From: an uncultured Planctomycetales bacterium
GTDB lineage: Bacteria > 4484-113 > JAFGCY01
NCBI GenBank assembly: GCA_964512635.1
Contig: CAZEJB010000004.1
Location: 51,822 to 115,821 of the forward strand
Direction: 5' to 3'
Length of the DNA stretch: 64,000 nucleotides
Part shown: in pieces, positions 38,051 through 47,692 of the stretch
Position numbering within the stretch: position 1 is the stretch's first letter
Layout: each line of letters opens with the position of its first letter
Program-made: the position numbers and the translations under genes
Notes under the pieces: model-generated
The model's database searches: none
The model's input: the letters and a program-made list of their open reading frames with translations, nothing else
What the model was told of the DNA's origin: nothing

Positions 38051-39412
38051 TTATGGATTGGCGGCCGAGGGCACAGGCAATCCGGCACTTTGACGGTGCA
38101 GCATGTTTATGACGATTGGGTCTTTTCCGTTGGATAAGGGTTCGATTCGTTCCACGACCTGAATTCGGAGTTTCATGCTGCTTCCTATATGCTTGAGAAA
38201 GAGTGCTTCGACCTGCAGGGCTAAGTCCTCCGGGACCGGCTCATGACCTTGCACCTGTATCGTAACCAGGGACTCAGTCTCCTGAATAACCCGATATTTG
38301 CTAAAGGCCATGCGCCGGAGTGGCATGATGAAGGACCAGGGACTCAGCCAGTGGCCATCTGACGTGAAGAGCTGCTCGGAGATTCGCCCGTCGAGGCCAG
38401 TCATCGTCGGCAGGCCGCGTCCACAGGGGCAGTGCACCGGCGTCAGGTCAACCATGTCGCCGATCTCGTATCGAATGAGCGGCATGGCACGGTTGTCCAG
38501 ACTTGTCGCCAGCAGGCTGCCGTATCCCGATCTGGCGATTGCGCCGTCCTGGCGCTTTACCTCCAGCAGCAGGTTCTCGCTGTGCAAATGCCAGGTGCCA
38601 TGCTCGCAGCGGTGGGCAATGGGGCCCAGTTCAGCGGCACCGTAGCGGTCGACAACGAGGCAACCGAAGAACGCTCGAAGTTCTTCCTTCGCCGGCTCCA
38701 GGCAGGTTTCGGATGTCACGATCACCTTGCTCATTGGCGGCGGATATGCTCCCTCGGCCTTCGCAAAGCGGGCGTAAGCTTCAACCACGGAGGCATAGCC
38801 GACCAGCATGCGAGGTCGCAGTTTCACAAGCAGAGTATTCAGTTCCTTTGCCCGGACCGGGTCAAGATCCACGCGGTTGAACACGAATCGGTTGTAGACA
38901 AAGTCATACAGCCTCGCCCGCAGATTCTGCTGGCTGCCGGCGTCACGCTCGCTGACCCACAACACGGCCTGTCGATCCGTCGGACGCAGATCCGTTCCCC
39001 ACGCGTCCCCGCGGAGCATTGCTGCCCGCCGCCAGGCCTGGGTGAGCGAATCGACCCTTGTGCTGACGGGCTCGCCGGAGGACCCGGCGCTTTGCCAGTG
39101 ATAGATTTTGGCGGATGGTTGCGGATCTGCCAGATGGCGGGCATAGTCGGGCCGGAAGCCCTGACGGTCAACAACTGGAAAATCCTCCAGGCGAGGAGCC
39201 AAGCCGAGCTCTCGATAGAAGGGCACTGTCTCAAGGGCATACTTCAGCAGGCGCTCAAGTTTCTGATTCTGAAGATCCAGCAGACGACCTGGCGAATACC
39301 GCTGGCTTTCAAGCAACAAGTCATAGCAAGCAGCCGCCTGTCGCCAGGTTTCGCCTCCATGCATCTGCCAGGCCAGCCATCTCCAATCCACAGCGCAGCA
39401 ATGATACGCCAC
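38051..39412 (-). CDS. PaaK/CapK/F390-synthetase-family adenylate-forming enzyme, array paralog 6
   Basis: VDWRWLAWQ, TVPFYRELG, SAGSSGEPVSTR, PLIRYEIGDMVDLTPVHCPCGRGLPTMTGLDGR. Confidence 0.7.
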   Translation of the reverse strand: MAYHCCAVDWRWLAWQMHGGETWRQAAACYDLLLESQRYSPGRLLDLQNQKLERLLKYALETVPFYRELGLAPRLEDFPVVDRQGFRPDYARHLADPQPSAKIYHWQSAGSSGEPVSTRVDSLTQAWRRAAMLRGDAWGTDLRPTDRQAVLWVSERDAGSQQNLRARLYDFVYNRFVFNRVDLDPVRAKELNTLLVKLRPRMLVGYASVVEAYARFAKAEGAYPPPMSKVIVTSETCLEPAKEELRAFFGCLVVDRYGAAELGPIAHRCEHGTWHLHSENLLLEVKRQDGAIARSGYGSLLATSLDNRAMPLIRYEIGDMVDLTPVHCPCGRGLPTMTGLDGRISEQLFTSDGHWLSPWSFIMPLRRMAFSKYRVIQETESLVTIQVQGHEPVPEDLALQVEALFLKHIGSSMKLRIQVVERIEPLSNGKDPIVINMLHRQSAGLPVPSAANP

Positions 39413-39471
39413 TCAATACAATCCTGAATCTGCGGCAGACGCAGAATGTATCCGTGCGCTATAACTCAGAT

Positions 39472-40359
39472 ATGGCGGAACGCATCCTCCTCATCGACTC
39501 CACCGGGCTGATCTTCCGGGCCTACTGGACGATCAAACCCCTTTCGGCGCCGGACGGCACCCCCGTCCATGCGGTGTTTGGCATGCTGCGAATCATGATG
39601 AAGGTCTTCAAGGACCGTCAGGCCACCGCCAGCGCGATGATCTTCGACGCCGGTATGGATACCTTCCGGCGCGAGATGTATGCCGACTACAAGGCTAACC
39701 GGCCGGCACCGCCGGACGATCTGCGGCCCCAGTTCGGTCTTTCCATTGAGGCCTGCCGCTGCACGGGCGCACCGGTCTTTGCCGAGAAGGGCTTTGAGGC
39801 CGACGACATTATTGCTACCCTGCGCGACCGGGCTGTGGAACGCGGGATGGCCGTGACGATAGTTACCGGCGACCGCGATATCCTGCAGCTCCTGGCCCCC
39901 AATGTTGAAGTGCTGATCATGAAGGGTGGCGGCGAATTTGACCCATACACTCCCGAACGCTTTGTCGAGGAGTATGGCTTCCCGGTCGACCGCTTTGTGG
40001 ACTACAAGGCGCTGATGGGCGACACCAGCGACAACATCCCGGGCCTGCCCGGCGTCGGTCCGAAGACGGCGCAAAAGCTGATAGAGACCTACGGCAAGCT
40101 TGAGCACATCTATGCCAACCTGGAGTTCGTTAAGCCCGACAAGCTGCGCGGTCTGCTGAAAGAGAATCAGGAAAAGGTCTTCATGTACCGCGAGCTATGC
40201 ACGCTGCACCACACTGTGCCGGTTGAGTACCATTTCGACCAGCGTGTGATGCCGGACTTCGGCTCAGATGCCCTGGCCGAGAAGCTGACTGGCATGGGAT
40301 TTACCCGCATCGGCGAAGACGCGAAGAAGCTGGGGGATCTGCAGCCTAACACGTCCTGA
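39472..40359 (+). CDS. stand-alone 5'-3' exonuclease (Pol I N-terminal/FEN-like domain)
   Basis: MAERILLIDSTGLIFRAYWTIKP, then GFEADD, TGDRDILQL and GIPGVGPKTA (H3TH) motifs. ~295 aa with no polymerase domain. The track ORF start at 39115 is an artefactual upstream extension. Confidence 0.8.
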   Translation: MAERILLIDSTGLIFRAYWTIKPLSAPDGTPVHAVFGMLRIMMKVFKDRQATASAMIFDAGMDTFRREMYADYKANRPAPPDDLRPQFGLSIEACRCTGAPVFAEKGFEADDIIATLRDRAVERGMAVTIVTGDRDILQLLAPNVEVLIMKGGGEFDPYTPERFVEEYGFPVDRFVDYKALMGDTSDNIPGLPGVGPKTAQKLIETYGKLEHIYANLEFVKPDKLRGLLKENQEKVFMYRELCTLHHTVPVEYHFDQRVMPDFGSDALAEKLTGMGFTRIGEDAKKLGDLQPNTS

Positions 40360-40597
40360 TGTAGCGTAAGTCCGTTGACCAGTTGCGGATTTCGATCTTA
40401 TCAGAGCTAACAGATTAAGCCGAGTCCCACCGAGTTATCTGGTCAATGCTGTGGCAGTAGGGCCAGTGTGCGCCAGAATCTATGTATCGAAGCGCCCGCT
40501 CAGCCTTGCACTTCTTTCTCGGTGAAACTCTGTTACCTCTGTTGACTCGGTGTGGATCATATTCTTCGGAAAAACGGGCCATCGGCGCGCGTTCCAT

Positions 40598-41632
40598 TCA
40601 TCCCCCGCTGATAGCCAGGCGCTTCATCCCGCCGCGCTGCAGCAGCTGGGTCAGGACTACCAGCACCAGCACCCACAGCACCGCGCGACCGACCATGATC
40701 CAGGCCTCAAGCCCGCTGACGCGGCCAAGATAGATCTGCATCGGCTGATAGAACATGTGCTGAGTCGGCAACAGCTTGAAAATGGCTGTGACGCTGTCCG
40801 GGAAGTAGCTCAGCGGAATGACCATCCCGCCGGCGATGTTCATGACCATGCGAATACCCATGCGGATGCCATTGTTGTACTCGAGGTAGAAACTGAGCAG
40901 ACCGATGGCGTAGTCCAGGATGAAGTTAATCGCATAACCCAGCACAATCGCGAGGAAGAAGGGCAGGATAGCTCCTGGCGGGGGTGTCTTCATATCGCCA
41001 AAGAGATTGAAGACCAGCAGCAGCGGCAAGGTGGCGAAACACAGGCGGAAGAAAGTGCGGCCGATTCCCTGGCCCAGGTAGTTAGCCATCAGGTTCAGCG
41101 GCTTGAGCAGGTCCATGGCCACCTGACCTTCGCGAACCGCCGCGCCCAGGTTGCGCCCCGTGGGAGTCATGTAAAAGGTGTTAAGTGTCCAGGAGACAGT
41201 CACGTAGGTGATGATTGTCTGCTGATCGAAGCCGCCCATCTGGCCGCCGCCGGCATAGACCGCGGCGAAAACAAAACGGTACATCAGGATGATGATCGGA
41301 TAGGAGAGGAAGACGAAGGCGACGCCGGCAGGATAGGCGAGATAGGAATTGAAGCCGACCTGCGCCAGGGCAAAGACTGAGGCCAGGGTGCTGCGCAGGC
41401 CATGCCGTGCCGGCCGCTGCGGCGGCTGGATGGTCAGGCCTGACGCGGATACACCGCCCCCCGGATTGTAGGGCGCAGGCCTGCCTGCACCAGCTGTGGC
41501 GTTCACAATAAGAGGATACAGCGTTCCCCCAGGGGCGTCGCATAGTCGCCGCCCGTCTTCATCTTGCTGGGTCTTCCCGCATTCGCGCGATAGTTGGAAG
41601 CATCGTAGGGGCGCGTGGAGCGCGCCCGGCAA
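40598..41632 (-). CDS. ABC-2-type transporter permease-like membrane protein (N-terminus over-extended in track)
   Basis: Body has 6 TM helices of ABC-2 permease type. The first ~75 aa are Pro/Gly-rich and unlikely to be coding, so the true start is probably near 41400. No cognate ATPase nearby. Confidence 0.4.
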   Translation of the reverse strand: MPGALHAPLRCFQLSRECGKTQQDEDGRRLCDAPGGTLYPLIVNATAGAGRPAPYNPGGGVSASGLTIQPPQRPARHGLRSTLASVFALAQVGFNSYLAYPAGVAFVFLSYPIIILMYRFVFAAVYAGGGQMGGFDQQTIITYVTVSWTLNTFYMTPTGRNLGAAVREGQVAMDLLKPLNLMANYLGQGIGRTFFRLCFATLPLLLVFNLFGDMKTPPPGAILPFFLAIVLGYAINFILDYAIGLLSFYLEYNNGIRMGIRMVMNIAGGMVIPLSYFPDSVTAIFKLLPTQHMFYQPMQIYLGRVSGLEAWIMVGRAVLWVLVLVVLTQLLQRGGMKRLAISGG

Positions 41633-41643
41633 CCTAATCTATA

Positions 41644-42603
41644 TCACGGGCGCTCGTGGAACCAGTTTAAGAAGCTGACATACGCAATAAGCACCGTAAA
41701 GAGAAACACTGGCGTGAACAGAAGAGCGAAGCCCTTCCGGAAGCTCGCCCGATATGGCGGGCGGAGACAGTTAAGCGCGGCAGGGCGTTCAGTGGCGTCT
41801 ATAAGCTGCTGACGCTGCTCTTCCAGCTTCAGGGAGCCAGCCAGCCCATGTCCGATTGATTTCAGCAGGGCAGCGTGAAAAATCAGCCGCAGCTCACTCT
41901 TGCGGGTTGTACTGTAGACCAAACAGTGCATGCCCCACATGACGAAAAAAATGGTCAGAACTATGCCGAGGTAGTCAATGCCTGTGAGCGCCCCTGGCAG
42001 GTCTTCGCCGCTGTAAGTTTCTGCCCAAAACAGCGAGATGCAAAATGCCGCTGTCAGTACGGCATTGGAGGCGAGCATGGCGTAAAGAGCTAGCTTCTTG
42101 CGCCTGCCTGGAGCAAGGAATTCGAGGTTGCAACTTACTTCGCTCAAGCGTTTTGTAAGGGAAGCCCTTGAGCTCGGGAGCTCACCTTCCAGCCGCAGAG
42201 CGCGCCACCCCAGCTTACGAAGGGAGTCAAAATCGAACTGGCCAGACATGATTCTGAAAGCGATTAGATCTACCTGCTGATGGTCGATCACGAACTTATG
42301 CACGAGCATAGAAGAGAGCCAGGGCAGGACAAGCAGAACAAAAGCTGTTAATGCCAGGCAAACTGTCCAGGACAAAGGCCCAAGTTCATCCAGGTCTGAA
42401 GGTTGGACCGTATCCCAAAATAATGCGAAGAGCAGACTGCCCGCCTGCCAGCCGTACCACATACCCCAGTTCTTCGCAGTATCCAGGGGATCGGCGAGCG
42501 CGGACTTTTCCTTCATCGCCACCAGCGTCTGCTGAAGTTCCGCTGACGAGAAGGTCGAAGCTGGAGTAGCTTTCTCTGAGGATGAAGTCGCGAGGTCGCT
42601 CAC
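41644..42603 (-). CDS. hypothetical integral membrane protein
   Basis: 319 aa with several TM helices. No motif recognised. Confidence 0.35.
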   Translation of the reverse strand: MSDLATSSSEKATPASTFSSAELQQTLVAMKEKSALADPLDTAKNWGMWYGWQAGSLLFALFWDTVQPSDLDELGPLSWTVCLALTAFVLLVLPWLSSMLVHKFVIDHQQVDLIAFRIMSGQFDFDSLRKLGWRALRLEGELPSSRASLTKRLSEVSCNLEFLAPGRRKKLALYAMLASNAVLTAAFCISLFWAETYSGEDLPGALTGIDYLGIVLTIFFVMWGMHCLVYSTTRKSELRLIFHAALLKSIGHGLAGSLKLEEQRQQLIDATERPAALNCLRPPYRASFRKGFALLFTPVFLFTVLIAYVSFLNWFHERP

Positions 42604-43964
42604 GGCTTCGCGCCTTCTTTGTTCACTGGCACCACGTACAGGCCCGCGTAGGTCGGCTCGCGGACGATGAAGCCGCTGCCATCGCGCAGCGGTTGCCAGT
42701 TGTGCTGCACGACAGGTAGTTCACTGTCGGCTTCCAGCGGCTCGGCCAGGGCGGAGAGGTCAGGCCGAGCCACGCTCCAGTCGACAGTGAAGCTGCTCCA
42801 GTCCACCTTGCCATACTCAATGCTGGCTCCGCGATCACGGCTGAACAGGCAGGCGCCGTCGTCGAAACTGCAGAAGCAGCGCCAATAGCCACCGTCGGGG
42901 ACTTCTTTCGAACTGCCATCTGTCCGGACAAGCAGCTGCCGCGGCCCGGCCAGGGCCAGCAGCATTGCGTCCGGCAGCACCCACTCGCTGAAGATGGTCC
43001 AGTCTGTATCGCTGGCCGGCTTAAACCGGCCGAGTTCCCCGCCGCTGTCAAAGCTGCTGAACATGGTCGCCATGTTGTCCAGTTCCTGATAGCTGAAGTT
43101 GTCGCCTTGCGGACACTTGTCAAAGGATTCCGCGTTGTCGAGTCCCGGCAACAGGCCACGATTACCGCTGGCCAGCTCGACAAAGTTATAGTGGTCCTGC
43201 TCCCAGACACTGGCTTCGCTGCTGGAAACCAGGCTGGCGTAGTGCGCCGCGGTCGGCTCGCCGGGGATGAAATACAGGGCAAACAAGCGCTGGCTGTCCT
43301 GGCTGAAAGCTAGCTGTGGACCGCCATCTGTCTCTTCGGCGAGGGCAATGCAGCGGCCATCGCCGCCAGAGCTGCTGCAGATAACCACTGCATTGCAGCG
43401 CGCGGGGTAGTCCTGGTTTGGAACCGACGTTGTAACCAGCCGGCTGACAGCCACCCGCTTGCCGTCAGGGCTGACCAGCAGGCTGTTGCCGGCTAAGGAA
43501 TAAGCGTCTTCGCTGAGCCCCCAGCCCTCTGCTGCCGGGTCCCAGCCGGCTTCCCAGATCCGGGCGTCTGTACCGTCGCTTGCAACGCTGAAATAGCGTC
43601 CGTAGGAGTCGCGGCAAAGCACAAGTCCGTCCGTCAGCTCGCCGAACTCCATCACGTCGGCCGCGATCAGCTTTGCGGCCCCGCTGGCCTCCAGGGCGAC
43701 CAGACCCTGGCTGATCGTAGGCATTTCGCCGGCTGCTTCCGGCTGGGCAGATGAATCGGTCTTCAGATACATCTGCCGGTCCTTTAGCGCCTTGGCCTGT
43801 CCCACAGCACCATCATTACCTCCCGGAGGCGGTGGAGGTGGCATGCTGGGTTTTGAGCTTTGCTCCCCAAACAGGTATTCGCAGGAGCCAGTCAGCGCGG
43901 TCGCCATGAACAACCAGGGCAGGCCGACCAGCAGGAACAGCACCAGCAGGGCTTTGCGCAGCAT
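42600..43964 (-). CDS. exported hypothetical protein with poly-Pro linker
   Basis: Probable start MLRKALLVLFLLVGLPWLFMATALTGS (signal peptide). PPPPPPGG linker. Gly/Asp/Ser-rich body, possibly a beta-propeller. Confidence 0.4.
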   Translation of the reverse strand: MLRKALLVLFLLVGLPWLFMATALTGSCEYLFGEQSSKPSMPPPPPPGGNDGAVGQAKALKDRQMYLKTDSSAQPEAAGEMPTISQGLVALEASGAAKLIAADVMEFGELTDGLVLCRDSYGRYFSVASDGTDARIWEAGWDPAAEGWGLSEDAYSLAGNSLLVSPDGKRVAVSRLVTTSVPNQDYPARCNAVVICSSSGGDGRCIALAEETDGGPQLAFSQDSQRLFALYFIPGEPTAAHYASLVSSSEASVWEQDHYNFVELASGNRGLLPGLDNAESFDKCPQGDNFSYQELDNMATMFSSFDSGGELGRFKPASDTDWTIFSEWVLPDAMLLALAGPRQLLVRTDGSSKEVPDGGYWRCFCSFDDGACLFSRDRGASIEYGKVDWSSFTVDWSVARPDLSALAEPLEADSELPVVQHNWQPLRDGSGFIVREPTYAGLYVVPVNKEGAKP

Positions 43965-43971
43965 TGCCGGA

Positions 43972-45294
43972 TTATAGCGAGGCGACGTCCTCTGCCACCG
44001 CAATCTCCACCGGCTGAAGAACTTCACGCAGCTCGCCGTAAAGCGGGAACTCGGCTGCCAGCTCAGCCACGCCGGCCCTTACGCTGGCTTGGGTCTCTTC
44101 ACTGACTTCGCCGCGCAGTGCCTGGCCGATCAGCGCGCCGACTCGCTTCATCTCGGGCTCCTTGAAGCCGCGGGTGGTCAAGGCCGGAGTGCCGAAACGA
44201 AGGCCAGAGGCGATGAAGGGCTTTTCAGTGTCGTAAGGAATCGTATTCTTGTTGCAGGTAATGTCCACAGCGTCCAGGCGCTCCTCGGCCACCTTACCGG
44301 TTAACCCCAGGCTGCCCTTCACATCCACCAGCATCAGATGATTGTCAGTACCGCCAGAGACAATGCGCAGGCCCTCTTCCTGCAAAGCCAGGGCCAGGGT
44401 CTGGGCGTTCTTGACGATCTGGCGCTGGTAGCCCTGGAATTCGTCGCCAGCCGCCAGCTTGAAGCAGACAGCCTTGGCTGCGATCACGTGTTCCAGCGGG
44501 CCGCCCTGCTGGCCGGGGAAGACCGCACTGTCGATGGCCTTGGCGTGCTCCTTCTTGCAAAGAATGAGGCCGCTGCGCGGGCCGCGCAGGGTCTTGTGAA
44601 CAGTCGTGGTAACCACATCGGCATAGGGGACCGGGCTCGGGTGCAGGCCAGCGGCGACAAGGCCAGCAATATGGGCCATGTCGACCATCAGCAGCGCGCC
44701 GATTTCATCGGCGGTCTCGCGGAAGAAGGCGAAGTCCAGCAGGCGCGGGTAGGCGCTGGCGCCGACCACGATCAGCTTGGGTTTGTGCGCGCGGGCGACC
44801 TCGCGAACCTGCTCATAGTCGATCTGCTCGGGGCCGTCGGGTGCGTCGGCGGGACGCACGCCATAGGCCACGACGTTGTAAAGCTTGCCCGAGAGGTTGA
44901 GCGGGTGGCCGTGGGTCAGGTGGCCGCCATGCGCCAGCTCCATGCCCATAATGGTGTCGCCCGGCTGCAGAAAGGCCATGTAGGCGCTGGCGTTAGCCTG
45001 GGCGCCGCTGTGCGGCTGGACGTTGGCGTGCTCGGCGCCGAACAGCGCCTTAGCGCGCTTGATTGCCAGAGACTCAGCTATGTCGACGAACTCGCAGCCG
45101 CCGTAATAGCGCTTCTTCGGGTAGCCTTCGGCGTATTTATTCTGCATCGGCTGGCCCAGCGCTTCGAGGACGCTGTAGTCCACGAAGTTCTCGCTGGCGA
45201 TCAGCTCCAGCTTGGCGTGCTGGCGCTCGGTTTCAGCGCAGATTGCGTTGTAGATCTCGGGGTCCACGTCCCGAAGGTGCGAAAACCACTGCAT
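43972..45294 (-). CDS. glyA: serine hydroxymethyltransferase
   Basis: [38 protein letters not shown]-terminus. PLP-lysine region [15 protein letters not shown]. ~440 aa. ATG at 45294. Confidence 0.9.
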   Translation of the reverse strand: MQWFSHLRDVDPEIYNAICAETERQHAKLELIASENFVDYSVLEALGQPMQNKYAEGYPKKRYYGGCEFVDIAESLAIKRAKALFGAEHANVQPHSGAQANASAYMAFLQPGDTIMGMELAHGGHLTHGHPLNLSGKLYNVVAYGVRPADAPDGPEQIDYEQVREVARAHKPKLIVVGASAYPRLLDFAFFRETADEIGALLMVDMAHIAGLVAAGLHPSPVPYADVVTTTVHKTLRGPRSGLILCKKEHAKAIDSAVFPGQQGGPLEHVIAAKAVCFKLAAGDEFQGYQRQIVKNAQTLALALQEEGLRIVSGGTDNHLMLVDVKGSLGLTGKVAEERLDAVDITCNKNTIPYDTEKPFIASGLRFGTPALTTRGFKEPEMKRVGALIGQALRGEVSEETQASVRAGVAELAAEFPLYGELREVLQPVEIAVAEDVASL

Positions 45295-45442
45295 GTATAT
45301 AAGGATAGCGGATACCCGGCAGGCTCGGTACCGGAGGCAGCCAGTGGCAGTATTCACTCACCCACGGTCAAGTGCCTGTAGGTGTCACATTCCCTGTTGC
45401 CATGGTCTCCAACGCAGGTTTCGGGTATACTGCTTTCCCCAC

Positions 45443-45528
45443 GCGGAAGTGGTGGAATGGCAGACACGCCAGGTTGAGGGCCTGGTGGCCGCAAGGCCGT
45501 GCGGGTTCAAGTCCCGCCTTCCGCACCA
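45443..45528 (+). tRNA. tRNA-Leu (anticodon GAG)
   Basis: GCGGAAGTGGTGGAATGGCAGACACGCCAGGTTGAGGGCCTGG + long variable arm + GGGTTCAAGTCCCGCCTTCCGCACCA. Acceptor GCGGAAG/CTTCCGC, anticodon loop TTGAGGG, class II tRNA, encoded CCA. Confidence 0.85.
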
Positions 45529-45859
45529 TTCGAACTCCTCTTTCGGTTGGCCTGCCTTCTCAAGGTAAGTTCTTGCCCACTAAGTCAAACACCCTATTCC
45601 TGCGTTCTCAAATGGCGTGTTCCTCTGTCCGTTCCGCAGCTCTTTGGACGCCGCTTCAGGTCGGGCCAGCCTGGCTCACAGCTCTTTCGGGGATTCCGTA
45701 CACCTACAGGAATGATCAGATTCACTGCTCTTGTGCTTGCGTTGTCAAAACTCCATGCATTGGCACTACATATGGTGAGAAGTGCACTATAACGGTTTGA
45801 TTTTGCGGACTACCTTACCGGAACATTTGCCAGTGATTCCTCTCGGTTACAATCCGATT

Positions 45860-46312
45860 ATGGTGCAGAAAAGTGTCGTCGCGGCTATTCAGCGAGCTAT
45901 TAGGCGAGGGATCGCCAGTTTCGGCTCGCAGGATCGGCTGGCCGAAGAAACGGGGCTGCACCGCAACACTATCTCCCGCTGGGTCCGAGGCGACCTGAAA
46001 GAGCCGGAGCTCGAGAAAATCATCCGGCTTTTTGAGGTTACCGGCAGCGATCTGAATGAGTTAAAGGAAGGCTGGTCCGACCAGCCGGAGCCATCAACCA
46101 TGCAGGTAGAACTGCTTGAGGCTATCCGTGGGGATTTGGCCGCGGTGCTGGCTGAGCAGCGAAAAATCAGCGGGGCACAGGTTGTAGTAGTGAATAAACA
46201 GGACAGCGGGGTTGCCTTTAACCTGCCGACGCTCGGTGAGGTAGTCAGCAGCTTTGAACAAAGAGCCCTGGAAATCAAGATGGAACAGGAAGGCGCTCGA
46301 AAGAAGTCATAG
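45860..46312 (+). CDS. HTH (XRE-like) DNA-binding protein
   Basis: QDRLAEETGLHRNTISRWVRGD is a helix-turn-helix of XRE type, followed by a ~100-aa acidic C-terminal domain. The alternative GTG start at 45782 is less likely. Confidence 0.45.
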   Translation: MVQKSVVAAIQRAIRRGIASFGSQDRLAEETGLHRNTISRWVRGDLKEPELEKIIRLFEVTGSDLNELKEGWSDQPEPSTMQVELLEAIRGDLAAVLAEQRKISGAQVVVVNKQDSGVAFNLPTLGEVVSSFEQRALEIKMEQEGARKKS

Positions 46313-46423
46313 CAGCTTTCACACATTTACTTGGCGGTGCGAGAAAAAGGATGTGTCAGGCAGACACCGAATGACCGACAAATTCAGGTCAGCGTTATTG
46401 CGATGTGTTAATGTTGACTCTGG

Positions 46424-47374
46424 ATGGGAGGCCTGATGAGCGGGTCGAGGGAAAAAAAGCTGCTGGGTACGGCACTGGAAAGTCCTGAATCTCTGCTCGC
46501 ATTCAGCCATAAGGTTTTCAGCCGCTTTTACGATCTGATGCTCGCGGGCCGGGTTGACGAAGCCTGGTTGGCGACCGAGATTCACGCACGGGTGTTTCGC
46601 GCCGCCCCGGAGCGATTCAGCGAAGATCCCTGGAACTCCAAGCTGGCCTTCGCACTTTGCAAAGTCGAGGCTGTCGGCGCATTGTTTATGGCGCAAATGT
46701 GCCGGTTTGAGCGCTCGCTGCAGTCCTGTGAGCGGGCCCTAACAATGCTTCGCCAGCGCGAGAGTTTCGCGAAGCAGCGCGGAGAGAAGCCGGGCTGGAA
46801 TCAGGTGCGGATGTATCTAGTCTCAGCACTAAGCATCCTGAAATGGTATGAGCCTCAGTTGCGGGAAGTCCTGTTGAGCCCGCTACAGTTGCTGGAAGAG
46901 TGGGATGTTTGTCTGGAGGCATATAACCGTTGCCGAGACGGGCAAAAGGGCCTGATGAACCGTGCACATCTGTTGCTCTGCTTCGAAAGCGTTATGCGTG
47001 CAGCGCTCCTGAGCGGCACAATTTCTTTCGATGACTACAACGAAAGGGCTCGGGAAGCACGCGATGTAATCATGTTGGACTTCCCCTTCTACCCACATCC
47101 GGATCCTGAAATGCTGAAAACCTACTTTCATCAGCTGCCCTACTATTACTCGTTGTGCTTCATGCTGGAGGCCTGTTCACCCACTCCCACGACAGACCGT
47201 TTGAAGGAGTACATTGACCTGAGCTACCGCTCCAGTGCCGCTCTAGGTCTGGCAAACAGGGAGCCCCTGTTCAGAGATTACGCGAGGCGCGACTGTCTTA
47301 CCGAGTTCAAAATTGTTATGCGGCGGCTTGATCTGCGGCCAGACGCAACCGATCTTGTCGAGCGCGCCAGCTAA
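46424..47374 (+). CDS. hypothetical protein, islet paralog A
   Basis: 316 aa, all-helical composition. Shares with paralog B by eye: RVDEAW, APERF(S/R)EDPWNSK(L/M)AF, LLEEW(D/N)(V/T)CLEAY, YYSLCFMLEACSP. GGGAGG RBS. Confidence 0.5.
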   Translation: MGGLMSGSREKKLLGTALESPESLLAFSHKVFSRFYDLMLAGRVDEAWLATEIHARVFRAAPERFSEDPWNSKLAFALCKVEAVGALFMAQMCRFERSLQSCERALTMLRQRESFAKQRGEKPGWNQVRMYLVSALSILKWYEPQLREVLLSPLQLLEEWDVCLEAYNRCRDGQKGLMNRAHLLLCFESVMRAALLSGTISFDDYNERAREARDVIMLDFPFYPHPDPEMLKTYFHQLPYYYSLCFMLEACSPTPTTDRLKEYIDLSYRSSAALGLANREPLFRDYARRDCLTEFKIVMRRLDLRPDATDLVERAS

Positions 47375-47692
47375 TCTCAGACAGCTTCTGCGCGGCTTGT
47401 TAGCGACACACCTCCTCTGCCGACAGCGTTTTAGAATCCCCCGCGACACGCTTCAACCGATCCGGTGACAAACACAACTGTACTGGTGACAGGTTTCAGC
47501 TCCTTCTTTACACTCGAAGATTGGAACCGGGTCAGGTTACAATCGCTGCGTTCATGCAGAAGAAGAATGTAAGGCAGCCCAAAGTGCGTAGCTACTGCGC
47601 AAAGTGCACCTTCCACTTGACCTGTGTTATCAAGGTATCGAGTGACAGACAGTTGGTCGGGGTGCTTCCAGGGCTGCTTGGCGGGTGGTTGA

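Noticed and set aside
31246-39412. Six-gene array as an assembly duplication or collapsed repeat
   Set aside because: The copies differ extensively at protein level (roughly 35-45% identity by eye) and differ in length and N-termini, so they cannot be misassembled identical repeats.
39115-39471. Upstream extension of the 5'-3' exonuclease ORF (track start 39115)
   Set aside because: It overlaps the start of array paralog 6 on the other strand. The exonuclease family N-terminus MAERILLIDSTGL begins at the ATG at 39472.
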